From the NCBI GenBank assembly GCA_963837395.1, contig CAWINI010000004.1:2699484-2763483 (forward strand): a DNA stretch of 64,000 bases, read 5' to 3'. The stretch comes from an uncultured bacterium (GTDB taxonomy: Bacteria; Acidobacteriota; HRBIN11; JAKEFK01). The position numbers were made by a program, and so were the translations under genes. The notes below the pieces were generated by a model. It was not told where the DNA came from. It ran no database searches and was given only the letters and a program-made list of their open reading frames with translations. This document shows, piece after piece, positions 49,341 through 57,908 of the stretch. Positions within the stretch are counted from its first letter, which is position 1, and every line of letters starts with the position of its first letter.

Positions 49341-49428
49341 ATAGGAATAGAGGATTGAGGATAGAGAAGAGAGGATAGAAAGGGTCGCAATCCTCAATTT
49401 TCTATCTTCTATCCTCGATCCTCTCTTC
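49341..49428. repeat. complex palindromic element built from GAGGATAGA-like heptads at the pgeF/dinB convergent junction (likely bidirectional terminator)
   Basis: attgaggat (49354-49362) pairs with atcctcaat (49390-49398); gaagagaggat (49366-49376) pairs with atcctctcttc (49418-49428). Confidence 0.5.
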
Positions 49429-50605
49429 AGATGGCTCTCTGATTATTTTTCTTCAGCAACACACTTTGGCCCGCAGTCACTGAATCAAATCCGAAACGAT
49501 CGCGAACAGAATCAACGTGTTCATGTAATATGCGCGCTTTAACATCAGCGTCATTTGGAAATAATTCGAATTGTCCGGTCTCAGGCTCAAAATGGGAAAG
49601 ATGAATTCCGATCAAACGGATCCTGACACGGCGCTGCCAATTCTTTTGCAAAAGATCCATTGCTGCGCGAAAAACACCTTCATCTAAATTAGTAGCAACA
49701 TCCAGCGTTGTAGCACGCGAAACACGTTTTAAATCGGTGTATCGAAGTTTCAATGTGACAGTCCTGGCTTTACGATGTGTTTTGCGCAATTCATTACAAG
49801 CCTTTTCCACCAGCATGTGTAACATCGCCGCAAGATATTCTTCATTAACTGTATCTTCTTCAAGAGTTAATTCGCGGCTGATCGATTTAGATCCGTTATC
49901 AACGATACCTAACATTTCACTATCAATTCCGCGTGCACGTTTGGATAGTGCAGTTCCATTCACTCCAAAAACTGCTTGCATCAAATCGGCAGGCACTGCA
50001 GCAAGTTCACCAATCGTAGCAACGCCCATGTCCTGTAATTGCGTTTCCATTTTTTCGCCGATTCCAGGAAGTGAGCGGATCGGTAATGAACGAAGAAAAG
50101 ATTCTTCGTATCCAGGAAGAATAAATAAGAAGCCGTTCGGTTTCGCAAAATCAGAAGCTACTTTTGCCATTAAGCGATTGCGTGCAACACCGATAGAAGC
50201 ATTTAAATGAACTTCATTTTGAATCGCCGTACGAATTCTTTCGGCAGCTGCAGCTGCGGAACCATAAAGACGTTCGCAGCCATACAAATTAATGTAAGCT
50301 TCATCAATGGATACCCATTCAACTTCAGGTGAGTATCGTTCCAGAATGCGTGCAACACGATCGGAATATTCCGCGTAGGCATCATAATGTGCAGGAACAA
50401 AAATTAAGTTCGGACAAAGTTTGCGGGCATGATAGCTTGGCATTGCAGATTTCACACCAAACTTGCGTGCTTCATAGGATGCAGATGCAACAACACCCCT
50501 GCCTGTAGGATCTCCACCCACCGCTACGGCTTTGCCCCGCAGCGCCGGATTTAGAAGCTCCTCCACCGCTACAAAAAATGCATCCATGTCTACGTGAACT
50601 ATCAT
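49427..50605 (-). CDS. dinB: DNA polymerase IV (Y-family translesion polymerase)
   Basis: IVHVDMDAFFVAVE start and a conserved Y-family S-x-D-E catalytic motif; 92 nt downstream of lexA on the same strand. Confidence 0.85.
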   Translation of the reverse strand: MIVHVDMDAFFVAVEELLNPALRGKAVAVGGDPTGRGVVASASYEARKFGVKSAMPSYHARKLCPNLIFVPAHYDAYAEYSDRVARILERYSPEVEWVSIDEAYINLYGCERLYGSAAAAAERIRTAIQNEVHLNASIGVARNRLMAKVASDFAKPNGFLFILPGYEESFLRSLPIRSLPGIGEKMETQLQDMGVATIGELAAVPADLMQAVFGVNGTALSKRARGIDSEMLGIVDNGSKSISRELTLEEDTVNEEYLAAMLHMLVEKACNELRKTHRKARTVTLKLRYTDLKRVSRATTLDVATNLDEGVFRAAMDLLQKNWQRRVRIRLIGIHLSHFEPETGQFELFPNDADVKARILHEHVDSVRDRFGFDSVTAGQSVLLKKNNQRAI

Positions 50606-50697
50606 ATTGTTTTAAACATAAGGACTTTAAACTCAAAAAACCACCTTATGTAGTAGTATTATCGACAGATATCCACAATTAGTTGCTACGAGCCGAA

Positions 50698-51306
50698 TTA
50701 ATATTTCCTTAAAATTCCAATGACTATTCCCTGGATTGTGATCCGATCCGATGGATAACTGATCGGTTTCATGTCCGGATTTGCCGGTTGTAACCGGATC
50801 ATCCCGCCGCGTTCCCGATAAAATTTTTTCAACGTCGCTTCCTCACCATCGATCAAAGCAATTACCATTTCACCATTTTCAGCAGTCTTACGATCTTCCA
50901 CCATCACATAATCACCATCTCGAATCTGTTCATCGATCATTGAATTTCCGCGCACCTGAAGTACGTAAGTCCTACCTCTGGTCTTCACCATATCTGCGGG
51001 AACTGAAATGACTTCATCGATAGTGATCGCTTCAATCGGTCGACCAGCAGCAACATAGCCAAGAAGCGGAACTTCCGATCCATGTGTTTCGGATTCAACA
51101 GGAATGAGCTCAATGGATCTGCTTGAGTAATGTTTTCGCCGGATCAGCTTTTTCTCTTTTAAATGAGTCAAATGTTTATGAACGGTGGCCAGCGAGGTAT
51201 AGCCAAAATGTTCTCCAATTTCTTCCAGCGTTGGAGAATAACCATTGGTCTGAATAAATCGATCGATAAAATTCAGAATTTGTTTTTGAGTTTTTGTTAA
51301 ATACAA
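50698..51306 (-). CDS. lexA: LexA repressor
   Basis: N-terminal winged HTH (LTKTQKQILNFIDRFIQTNGYSPTLEEI), AAG cleavage site, S24 peptidase Ser/Lys motifs (GNSM...K); TTG start with AGGAGG RBS. Confidence 0.85.
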   Translation of the reverse strand: MYLTKTQKQILNFIDRFIQTNGYSPTLEEIGEHFGYTSLATVHKHLTHLKEKKLIRRKHYSSRSIELIPVESETHGSEVPLLGYVAAGRPIEAITIDEVISVPADMVKTRGRTYVLQVRGNSMIDEQIRDGDYVMVEDRKTAENGEMVIALIDGEEATLKKFYRERGGMIRLQPANPDMKPISYPSDRITIQGIVIGILRKY

Positions 51307-51331
51307 ATGAGCTCCTCCTTTGGTTTTTCCA

Positions 51332-51355
51332 GGGGCGGATCGAAAAATCCGCCCC
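51332..51355. promoter_or_regulatory. perfect hairpin/palindrome GGGGCGGAT-cgaaaa-ATCCGCCCC in the lexA 5' leader, just downstream of a TTGATT-N17-TATGCT promoter-like element on the lexA strand
   Basis: 9-bp perfect arms, 26 nt upstream of the lexA start. Confidence 0.5.
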
Positions 51356-51400
51356 TTAAAGCATAGGCGAAGAAAAAGCGAAAATCAAGAAGCTCTTTTA

Positions 51401-51450
51401 ACGCCGAGTACGCCGAGCTAATTAATAAAAATTCTCGGCGATCTCGGCGT
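51401..51450. promoter_or_regulatory. 17-bp-arm inverted repeat ACGCCGAGTACGCCGAG-N16-CTCGGCGATCTCGGCGT (each arm a CGCCGAG tandem) in the lexA / coiled-coil-gene divergent region
   Basis: Arms are reverse complements except for the central TA/AT; AT-rich 16-nt spacer; about 70 nt upstream of the + strand gene at 51522. Confidence 0.55.
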
Positions 51451-51521
51451 TGAAAAAAGTTGTCAGCCTGCATTACTATTGATTGGGGAAAAAAGGGGAG
51501 ACATTTTTTGAGGAGATTTAG

Positions 51522-52193
51522 ATGCGTGAAGAGTATGAAGAAAAGTCCTTTAACCCTTTGAAGTTCGGAGTTCTGGCTGCGGCAATCGTAGCTGTGATTG
51601 TTACCTTCCTTTTGTATTTCAACTCTTATCGCGAAACCAGGGATCAGCAAGCTTTGGAAAAGTCGGCAATGCAAGAAGAAATTACCAAGCTAAAAAAAGA
51701 TAAAAGTGAACTGGAGTCTAAGTTGGAAACGCTTGATAAAGCATCGAAGTCAAGCGCAGAAAGTTTAGAAAAACAGCTTAAATCCAGGGATTCACAGATT
51801 AGCAATGTGAAACGAGAAATGGAATCAGATAGCAAAGCAGCTGACGCAAAAATCGCACAAATCAAGAAAGAGAAGGAAGCAGTTGCATCGGATCTGGCGC
51901 AATTGAAAAAAGATTTTGATGATCTGAGTGTAGAGAAAAAGAAAGCATTGGATCAAGTTACAAAGCTACAAAATGATATCAAGATGGTGCGTCAGGAATC
52001 GGATCGGAATGCGAAAGAAATGAAAGTGATGCGCGATAAGTTAAACAAGATAGATGAAGGTGATCGCGCTGCTGCGGATGCAATGGTGGAACAATTGGCT
52101 ACGGCTCGGCAGGAATTAAAAAGCGAACGTGCAGCGCGCCAGAAATTGGAACAAGAATTGACTCAATTACGCGGACAACAACCTCCGCAATGA
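51522..52193 (+). CDS. membrane-anchored coiled-coil protein (hypothetical)
   Basis: One N-terminal TM helix (FGVLAAAIVAVIVTFLLYF) followed by ~190 residues of heptad-rich K/E/L coiled coil; divergent from lexA. Confidence 0.6.
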   Translation: MREEYEEKSFNPLKFGVLAAAIVAVIVTFLLYFNSYRETRDQQALEKSAMQEEITKLKKDKSELESKLETLDKASKSSAESLEKQLKSRDSQISNVKREMESDSKAADAKIAQIKKEKEAVASDLAQLKKDFDDLSVEKKKALDQVTKLQNDIKMVRQESDRNAKEMKVMRDKLNKIDEGDRAAADAMVEQLATARQELKSERAARQKLEQELTQLRGQQPPQ

Positions 52194-52203
52194 TGAATTG
52201 GGA

Positions 52204-52395
52204 TTAGACGACTTTTTCTACTTTGCCGGAGCGAAGGCAGCGAGAGCACACTTTTAATGTCTTCACTGATGCACCAATTTTCACTTTCGCTTTATGAAGG
52301 TTCGGCTTCCATCGGCGATTTGTGACGTTATGGGCATGGCTGACGTTGTGCCCTTTCAGTGATCCTTTTCCGCAAATATCACATTTGTAAGCCAT
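52204..52395 (-). CDS. rpmB: 50S ribosomal protein L28
   Basis: 63 aa, MAYKCDICGKGSLKGHNVSHAHNVTNRRWKPNL...KSGKVEKV, near-identical pattern to bL28 of B. subtilis. Confidence 0.85.
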   Translation of the reverse strand: MAYKCDICGKGSLKGHNVSHAHNVTNRRWKPNLHKAKVKIGASVKTLKVCSRCLRSGKVEKVV

Positions 52396-52552
52396 TTTGT
52401 ATTATTACTCCTCAGTCTGGACACAAGCTCTTAGGCCGGTTAGACGATTTTTGGGGAACGCAGAATATAACATAATCCGCTATTCCCGGCAACTCTCTAC
52501 CGATTCTTAGGCGAGATAGGGTAAGCTTTGCATGCAAGGTGAAGGAGACTCT

Positions 52553-52915
52553 ATGCCGACGCATTTAAAAGGACCATCGATTATTAAGGCAGCCGGAAAC
52601 AAACCGAAAGTGATTGAAGAATTCATTGGACGCGTAAATTCTGGAACTGCCGGTGTTAGCATTGCTCGAATGAAAAATCCGCAAGGATGGATTGAACCTG
52701 GGCAAACACCGGAGTTCGAAGAATTTACAGTGGTTTTGCGCGGAATGCTGAAAGTTCAATCACAATCCGGAACGATTGAAGTTCGCGCAGGTGAGGCGGT
52801 GATTTCACATAAAGGAGAATGGGTTCAATACAGCACACCTGAATCTGATGGCGCTGAGTATATTGCGATTTGCCTTCCAGCGTTTTCTATGGAAACTGTT
52901 CATCGAGACGAATGA
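52553..52915 (+). CDS. small cupin-fold protein
   Basis: About 120 aa beta-rich; AAGGAG RBS 6 nt before ATG 52553 (the ORF-track start at 52532 is less likely); its stop overlaps the next start (ATGA at 52912-52915). Confidence 0.55.
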   Translation: MPTHLKGPSIIKAAGNKPKVIEEFIGRVNSGTAGVSIARMKNPQGWIEPGQTPEFEEFTVVLRGMLKVQSQSGTIEVRAGEAVISHKGEWVQYSTPESDGAEYIAICLPAFSMETVHRDE

Positions 52916-54060
52916 CAAGATCTGAACGACTAATCGACTTCCGTTTCGTTCTGATAGTTTTTTTGATTTCCAGAATTGCTCTTGAAATTGTCGGAATTCT
53001 TTCCGCATTTTATTTTCCGCCGGCTCAAGCCGTATTCAAAATTCGTGATTTGCAATATCACACTCGCCAATCTTTGCCGCAGGAAATGTGGGCGCGTTGG
53101 GATTCTGAATGGTATCTGCTGATTGCAGATCATGGCTACGCTTCCTACGAATATTTTAAGGACGCTGGCGGCGGAAGATATTTACAACAAGACTCTTCAA
53201 AGTTTTTTCCAGCATATCCGATTGCTATTCGCACCTTAACATTCATCACTGGAAACAGTGTGCTCTCAGGCATTCTTATTTCAAATGTTTGTGCGTTGCT
53301 ATTCTTATATTTCTTTCTTCGTCTTGCTTCAAAATTCATGAGCACTGAAAATGCTGTCAATGCTGCAATTTTGTATGTTGTCTTTCCAACAAGTTTGTTT
53401 TTGAGCGCAATTTATGCTGAGGCGATGTTCCTTGCGGCAATTGTTGCTGCGTTTCTTTTCATAGAGGAACGAAAAATTTGGCCCGCCTTGCTTGCCTGTG
53501 CAATTGCAGTTCTTACACGCCCTCAGGGTGCACTTGCGCTTCCGGCGCTTGCATGGCTTGCATGGCAAAAGTTTGAGGCTCGGCGGATCATTGCAACAGC
53601 TGGAATTATTGCTGCTGTTTGTATTCCGCTTGCCGGATATTTGATGTACATCGATAACACTTTCGGATCAATGTCGTGGATTTCACAAAGCCAAACCTAC
53701 TGGCGCGGTGAAATGAAATATCCGTTTTATGCATTTGTACGGTTCTTTCAAAATACGATTGCGATTCATGGTCAACACAATTCGATGATCGATTTCACAT
53801 TTGCTATTGTTCAAATCATTGTGCTGATCTTCTCCTTCCGCAGAATTCCTTTGCCGTACACTTTGTATAGTTTGATTGTCTTATTATTCCCGTTAAGCAG
53901 CTCGCTGTTTTCTTTTTCCAGACTCTGTCTCGCGAATTTTCCCTTCTTTCTTGTATTACCTCCGCTGCTAGGGCGCTGGAATCTGCCTGTTCAAATTTTT
54001 TGCGCAATCATTCTGGCGTTTTTTATGGCAGCGTTTGCGAATTGGTTCTGGGTCGCTTAG
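52912..54060 (+). CDS. polytopic GT-C-type glycosyltransferase (PIG-V / mannosyltransferase-2-like)
   Basis: More than 8 TM helices; WDSEWYLLIADHGY...FFPAYP motif resembling PIG-V (GT76); translationally coupled to the cupin gene. Confidence 0.55.
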   Translation: MTRSERLIDFRFVLIVFLISRIALEIVGILSAFYFPPAQAVFKIRDLQYHTRQSLPQEMWARWDSEWYLLIADHGYASYEYFKDAGGGRYLQQDSSKFFPAYPIAIRTLTFITGNSVLSGILISNVCALLFLYFFLRLASKFMSTENAVNAAILYVVFPTSLFLSAIYAEAMFLAAIVAAFLFIEERKIWPALLACAIAVLTRPQGALALPALAWLAWQKFEARRIIATAGIIAAVCIPLAGYLMYIDNTFGSMSWISQSQTYWRGEMKYPFYAFVRFFQNTIAIHGQHNSMIDFTFAIVQIIVLIFSFRRIPLPYTLYSLIVLLFPLSSSLFSFSRLCLANFPFFLVLPPLLGRWNLPVQIFCAIILAFFMAAFANWFWVA

Positions 54061-55406
54061 TGGGACTCTGTGTCCTTGTGGTTGTTATAAAACGATGACC
54101 TTTTGAAAATAAATCTGTAGGTTATCTCAGACAACCGTTGTGGAACTTCCACAAATTGATTGTGCAACATTTGTGAAACTTTAAAATGACCATCGCGCGG
54201 AATCATCCCTGTTCCAACCTGGATCACCATAAAAAGATTCCAGATGATAAAAAAGATCGAAACTACCGGCACGAGTTTCGATTGCCAATGCGAATAAAGT
54301 GCAGCCAACCCAAATGTAAAAACGATTATGCAGCTAATTAAGTAACGAAGCCCGAATCCAGATCCACCTTGCCAGGTGTCGGCACAAATTACGAAATAAA
54401 ACTGTAAAAGAAACACCAGCACCAGAAGCCAAAGACTTTTTTCAGTTTTTATCAAAGAGAAAAATCCGATAATGCACAAAACGATTACCGGTGTCCAAAG
54501 AAATAAACCATGATAAGTTGAAAAAAGCACAGGAAGAAAATATTTACCGTTCCAAAAAAGTTTACCTTCTAAGTTTCCGGTTGAGTATGGATTGAGTTTA
54601 CCGTTTAGTACCCACCATATGCAGAGCTGAGGAATAAACATCAAAAAGGCAGCAGCAAGGCAAACCAGTTTCAAACGGATTTGTTTGCGATCAAACACCG
54701 GGATTACAAGAAAGAGTGCATCTTGCCATCGCACGATTGCAGCCAAACCACCAACAATGCCGATTAAGAACCATGCGGACACAGAATCTTTGTTACGAAG
54801 TTTGTACCATGTAAACACAAACAAGCTTGTTGTGAAAATGGAAGTTGCATGCGACATCGGTGGAGTAACATACATGTAGTAGACTGCGTGCGCTCCGAAC
54901 CACAGAGTCAGCACAGCCCAAAAAGAGATCCAGGCTGAAAAGAAATCGCGCAGGATTCTGTATTGCAGAAGAAATCCAAGAAAGCCGTAAAGTGCACTCG
55001 CAAAGCAAATCGCAAGCACATATGGAAATGAAAATCCATCTGCCGGATAGTTGTGTGTCGCTTTCACATACAAATCCGCAGCCGCAAAAAATGGTGCCCA
55101 CAAAATCGCACATCCAATCGGCGCATCATTGCGAGCATAGCCAGTGGAATTCAAACGATCGATGAATGCCTTTTTGAAATTCTGTTGTTTTGTTGGAGCG
55201 AGATTGTAAAGGTACTGGTATTCATTTTGAAAATTCAGATCGTGATCTTTCCAAACTGATCGAAGGTATGCGTAATATTGGATTTCATCTCCGCTGTAGA
55301 TTCGCGGGGTGAGAAGAATTAAGGAAACAACAAAGATTAAAACTAAAGCGAGGAAACCGCGTTCTGTAAATAAAAATCCGGCTGGATGGCGTTCCGCCTT
55401 TACCAT
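54057..55406 (-). CDS. GT-C glycosyltransferase of the PMT/ArnT (GT39/GT83) type
   Basis: N-terminal DE-containing loop (YSGDEIQYYAYLRSV), more than 10 TM helices; stop codon overlaps the stop of the convergent gene (TTAG at 54057-54060). Confidence 0.7.
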   Translation of the reverse strand: MVKAERHPAGFLFTERGFLALVLIFVVSLILLTPRIYSGDEIQYYAYLRSVWKDHDLNFQNEYQYLYNLAPTKQQNFKKAFIDRLNSTGYARNDAPIGCAILWAPFFAAADLYVKATHNYPADGFSFPYVLAICFASALYGFLGFLLQYRILRDFFSAWISFWAVLTLWFGAHAVYYMYVTPPMSHATSIFTTSLFVFTWYKLRNKDSVSAWFLIGIVGGLAAIVRWQDALFLVIPVFDRKQIRLKLVCLAAAFLMFIPQLCIWWVLNGKLNPYSTGNLEGKLFWNGKYFLPVLFSTYHGLFLWTPVIVLCIIGFFSLIKTEKSLWLLVLVFLLQFYFVICADTWQGGSGFGLRYLISCIIVFTFGLAALYSHWQSKLVPVVSIFFIIWNLFMVIQVGTGMIPRDGHFKVSQMLHNQFVEVPQRLSEITYRFIFKRSSFYNNHKDTESH

Positions 55407-56899
55407 TTTGTGGAATAAATCAGAACATACTCTTTGCCAAGCAACGGTACTTGATACTCAAGTTTGAACCGTGGATCGTTTGCTAGCAGTTGCTGACGTG
55501 GTTTGGTAACGATATCGGTATTAATCACGATGTAGTCAGGCTTTCGTGTTGAAAGATATTGGATCATCTTTTCATTGATTCCATCGCCTTTTTCGCGATA
55601 TTCCTTGCTTTGCAAATTCAGCCATCCCGAAAAATCTACGAGTTTGCGCTGCGCAAAATATGGAATCACTCCAATTTCTTCAGACGCGAAAGTCGATAAT
55701 GCGGGCGTATTATTTTTCAGCCATAACCCTGCTTCTTTATATGCAGGATAAGCGGTCAACTTTTGATCGCTGCGTGTTTGATCGTAATAGTAAATATTCA
55801 GTAAGAAATAGAAAAAGAAGCAGACCATCACTGTCCCGAACATAAAGAATTGCGACCATTTCGGTGATCTGAAATATTTTTCAGAAACCATTTTCAGGTA
55901 AGTCATTGAAAACAATCCAATGAACGGCAATAGATGAACGTAGTAGCGGCGATTATCAAGAAATGGTCCATAAAAAAACATACAGAAGGTTACCCAGATA
56001 AATAAAAACATGAAACGTGGAAGACGTTCTCGAATTTGTGAAAGTGCCGATATGACTGAAGCTATGATCAATATTGGAAAAAACAGAATCAAGATACCGC
56101 CAAGAAAATGTGGAATTTTCCGGAGCGCCCACGGATTTAATTTTGCACTTCCGGAACTTGGAAGCAGGGTTGAATGCGTTCCAATATAAGCAAACCAGAG
56201 AGCAGGTAAGGCAATCATTACAATTAAACGGACAAACGCGTCTTTCCAACGAAATTCATCATTTCGGTGATCGATATACAAATGATTCAAATACAACAAT
56301 CCCGCAAATAGCGCACCTTCATATCGCGTAAGGATTGCTAACCCAAGAAAGACATAAGTCCAGATTGATTGTGGATGAAACAAATATGTATACAGCGATA
56401 GCAACAGCAGGAATGTGAACAATGTGAAGTCTTGTGGTCCTGCGCTCAGAATCGCTTCGAGCGGAGATGCTGCCCACACTAACGCACTGGTGAAAGCGAT
56501 AAATGGATTCGATGTAATTCGGAAGGCAATCAAAAATAACAATACAGTTGTTGCTAAACTGAATCCAAGATTCACGAACTTCGCTGTAACGAGCGCGCTT
56601 TCTTGAAACAAAAAATGTTGAGCAGCAAGAATGAACGTTAGTAAGGGAGTTGCAGCATGCGAGATTTCGCCTGGATTAAAACTAAAGCCATTGCCTTCAG
56701 CAAGATTTCGAGCATACACATGGAACACGTAAGCGTCATCATAGGTTAAGTAGTAATCTCCAAAAAATAAGAAGTGAATGATGAGTGATAATGCGATTGT
56801 GCCTGTAATGAGCCAGCGGGATTGACTTAGAATCTCTGCTGCGGTTGCTTCCTCTTCTGGATGGAATACTGTTTTCTTAAAAGGAATAATTTCGGTCAT
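55400..56899 (-). CDS. GT-C glycosyltransferase, ArnT / 4-amino-arabinose-transferase-like (PMT_2 family)
   Basis: YDDAYVFHVYARNLAEGNGFSF loop motif typical of the ArnT/PMT_2 family; more than 10 TM helices; overlaps its neighbours by 7 nt and 4 nt. Confidence 0.75.
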   Translation of the reverse strand: MTEIIPFKKTVFHPEEEATAAEILSQSRWLITGTIALSLIIHFLFFGDYYLTYDDAYVFHVYARNLAEGNGFSFNPGEISHAATPLLTFILAAQHFLFQESALVTAKFVNLGFSLATTVLLFLIAFRITSNPFIAFTSALVWAASPLEAILSAGPQDFTLFTFLLLLSLYTYLFHPQSIWTYVFLGLAILTRYEGALFAGLLYLNHLYIDHRNDEFRWKDAFVRLIVMIALPALWFAYIGTHSTLLPSSGSAKLNPWALRKIPHFLGGILILFFPILIIASVISALSQIRERLPRFMFLFIWVTFCMFFYGPFLDNRRYYVHLLPFIGLFSMTYLKMVSEKYFRSPKWSQFFMFGTVMVCFFFYFLLNIYYYDQTRSDQKLTAYPAYKEAGLWLKNNTPALSTFASEEIGVIPYFAQRKLVDFSGWLNLQSKEYREKGDGINEKMIQYLSTRKPDYIVINTDIVTKPRQQLLANDPRFKLEYQVPLLGKEYVLIYSTKW

Positions 56900-57627
56900 A
56901 CTTTGATCATTACGTGATTCGTATTTGAATATTTACTAAAACGAAGACGGAAAATTGTTTGGATAGCTTTAAAAATTTCAGAGCGCGAGATTTTTGATTT
57001 TCCGGCCCGGCGTTCAACAAATATGATTGGAGTTTCAGCGACTCTGAGATTTCTTTTCGCAGCACGAAATAAAATTTCGACCAAATAGGAATATCCTTCA
57101 GCCATTACAGTTTCGAAATCCAGCTCTTCTAATGCACGGTTTTGATATAAACGGAATCCGGAAGTGCAATCGGAAGGTTGTAGTGAAAGAACCAAGTGAG
57201 CCATTGAGTTGGCTATTCTGCTGATCAAGATCCGGACCCAACTCCAATTTTGGGTCGCGCCACCTGGAACATAACGTGAACCAATTACTAAGTCTGCATT
57301 TTTGGATGTTTGGATTATTTCCGGGATATGAACAGGATTATGCGAAAAGTCAGCATCCATGGTGATTGCGGCGTCATAACCTTGATCCATGGCATAACGG
57401 AAGCCAGCTGAATAGGCTGTGCCTAATCCCAGTTTTTTTGCGCGACGTAGAACCTGTACCCGACGCTGTCCTCCGAATTGATCGTCGATTGCAGCCGCTG
57501 TACCATCCGGAGAGCCATCATCGATCACAAGAACATCGACCGGTTCAGGCAGATCTAAAATCGCTTTAACCAGGGGAATGATGTTTTCCCTCTCGTTATA
57601 GGTAGGAATTAAAACCAGTGTTTTCAT
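56896..57627 (-). CDS. GT2 polyprenyl-phosphate sugar synthase (Dpm1 / ArnC / GtrB-like)
   Basis: LVLIPTYNEREN...VLVIDDGSPDGT...DADFSHNP GT-A motifs; 243 aa. Confidence 0.85.
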   Translation of the reverse strand: MKTLVLIPTYNERENIIPLVKAILDLPEPVDVLVIDDGSPDGTAAAIDDQFGGQRRVQVLRRAKKLGLGTAYSAGFRYAMDQGYDAAITMDADFSHNPVHIPEIIQTSKNADLVIGSRYVPGGATQNWSWVRILISRIANSMAHLVLSLQPSDCTSGFRLYQNRALEELDFETVMAEGYSYLVEILFRAAKRNLRVAETPIIFVERRAGKSKISRSEIFKAIQTIFRLRFSKYSNTNHVMIKV

Positions 57628-57665
57628 CGAAATACAGCATAATTCAATGCATTAGTATAGCATTT

Positions 57666-57710
57666 AGAGTATTGAGTTCCGAGTACTGAATACTGAGTTA
57701 TCCGGAACTG
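57666..57710. repeat. second copy of the GAGTACTGA heptad-palindrome family, in the GT2 / zinc-ribbon divergent region
   Basis: ccgagtactgaatactgagtt at 57679-57699; flanking inverted arms AGTTCCG/CGGAACT. Confidence 0.45.
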
Positions 57711-57748
57711 ATATAATTGCTGAAGTCTTTAAACTTTGGGGAGAGTTC

Positions 57749-57907
57749 ATGGCAAAAACAGTTACGGGGAAAGTTGGTGACAAGGTTGTTGAGAGTGGGA
57801 ATTACATTTGTATGAACTGCGGACATTATCAATTTTTCGAAGCACATGATGATTTCGAAGATTGTACGTCATGCGGGGAACCGGATATTGTCTGGGAATT
57901 GGAGTGA
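57749..57907 (+). CDS. 52-aa CxxC...CxxC zinc-ribbon protein (not in the ORF track because it is under 60 aa)
   Basis: ATG 57749 with GGGGAGA RBS; MAKTVTGKVGDKVVESGNYICMNCGHYQFFEAHDDFEDCTSCGEPDIVWELE; two CxxC pairs. Confidence 0.5.
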   Translation: MAKTVTGKVGDKVVESGNYICMNCGHYQFFEAHDDFEDCTSCGEPDIVWELE

Positions 57908-57908
57908 A

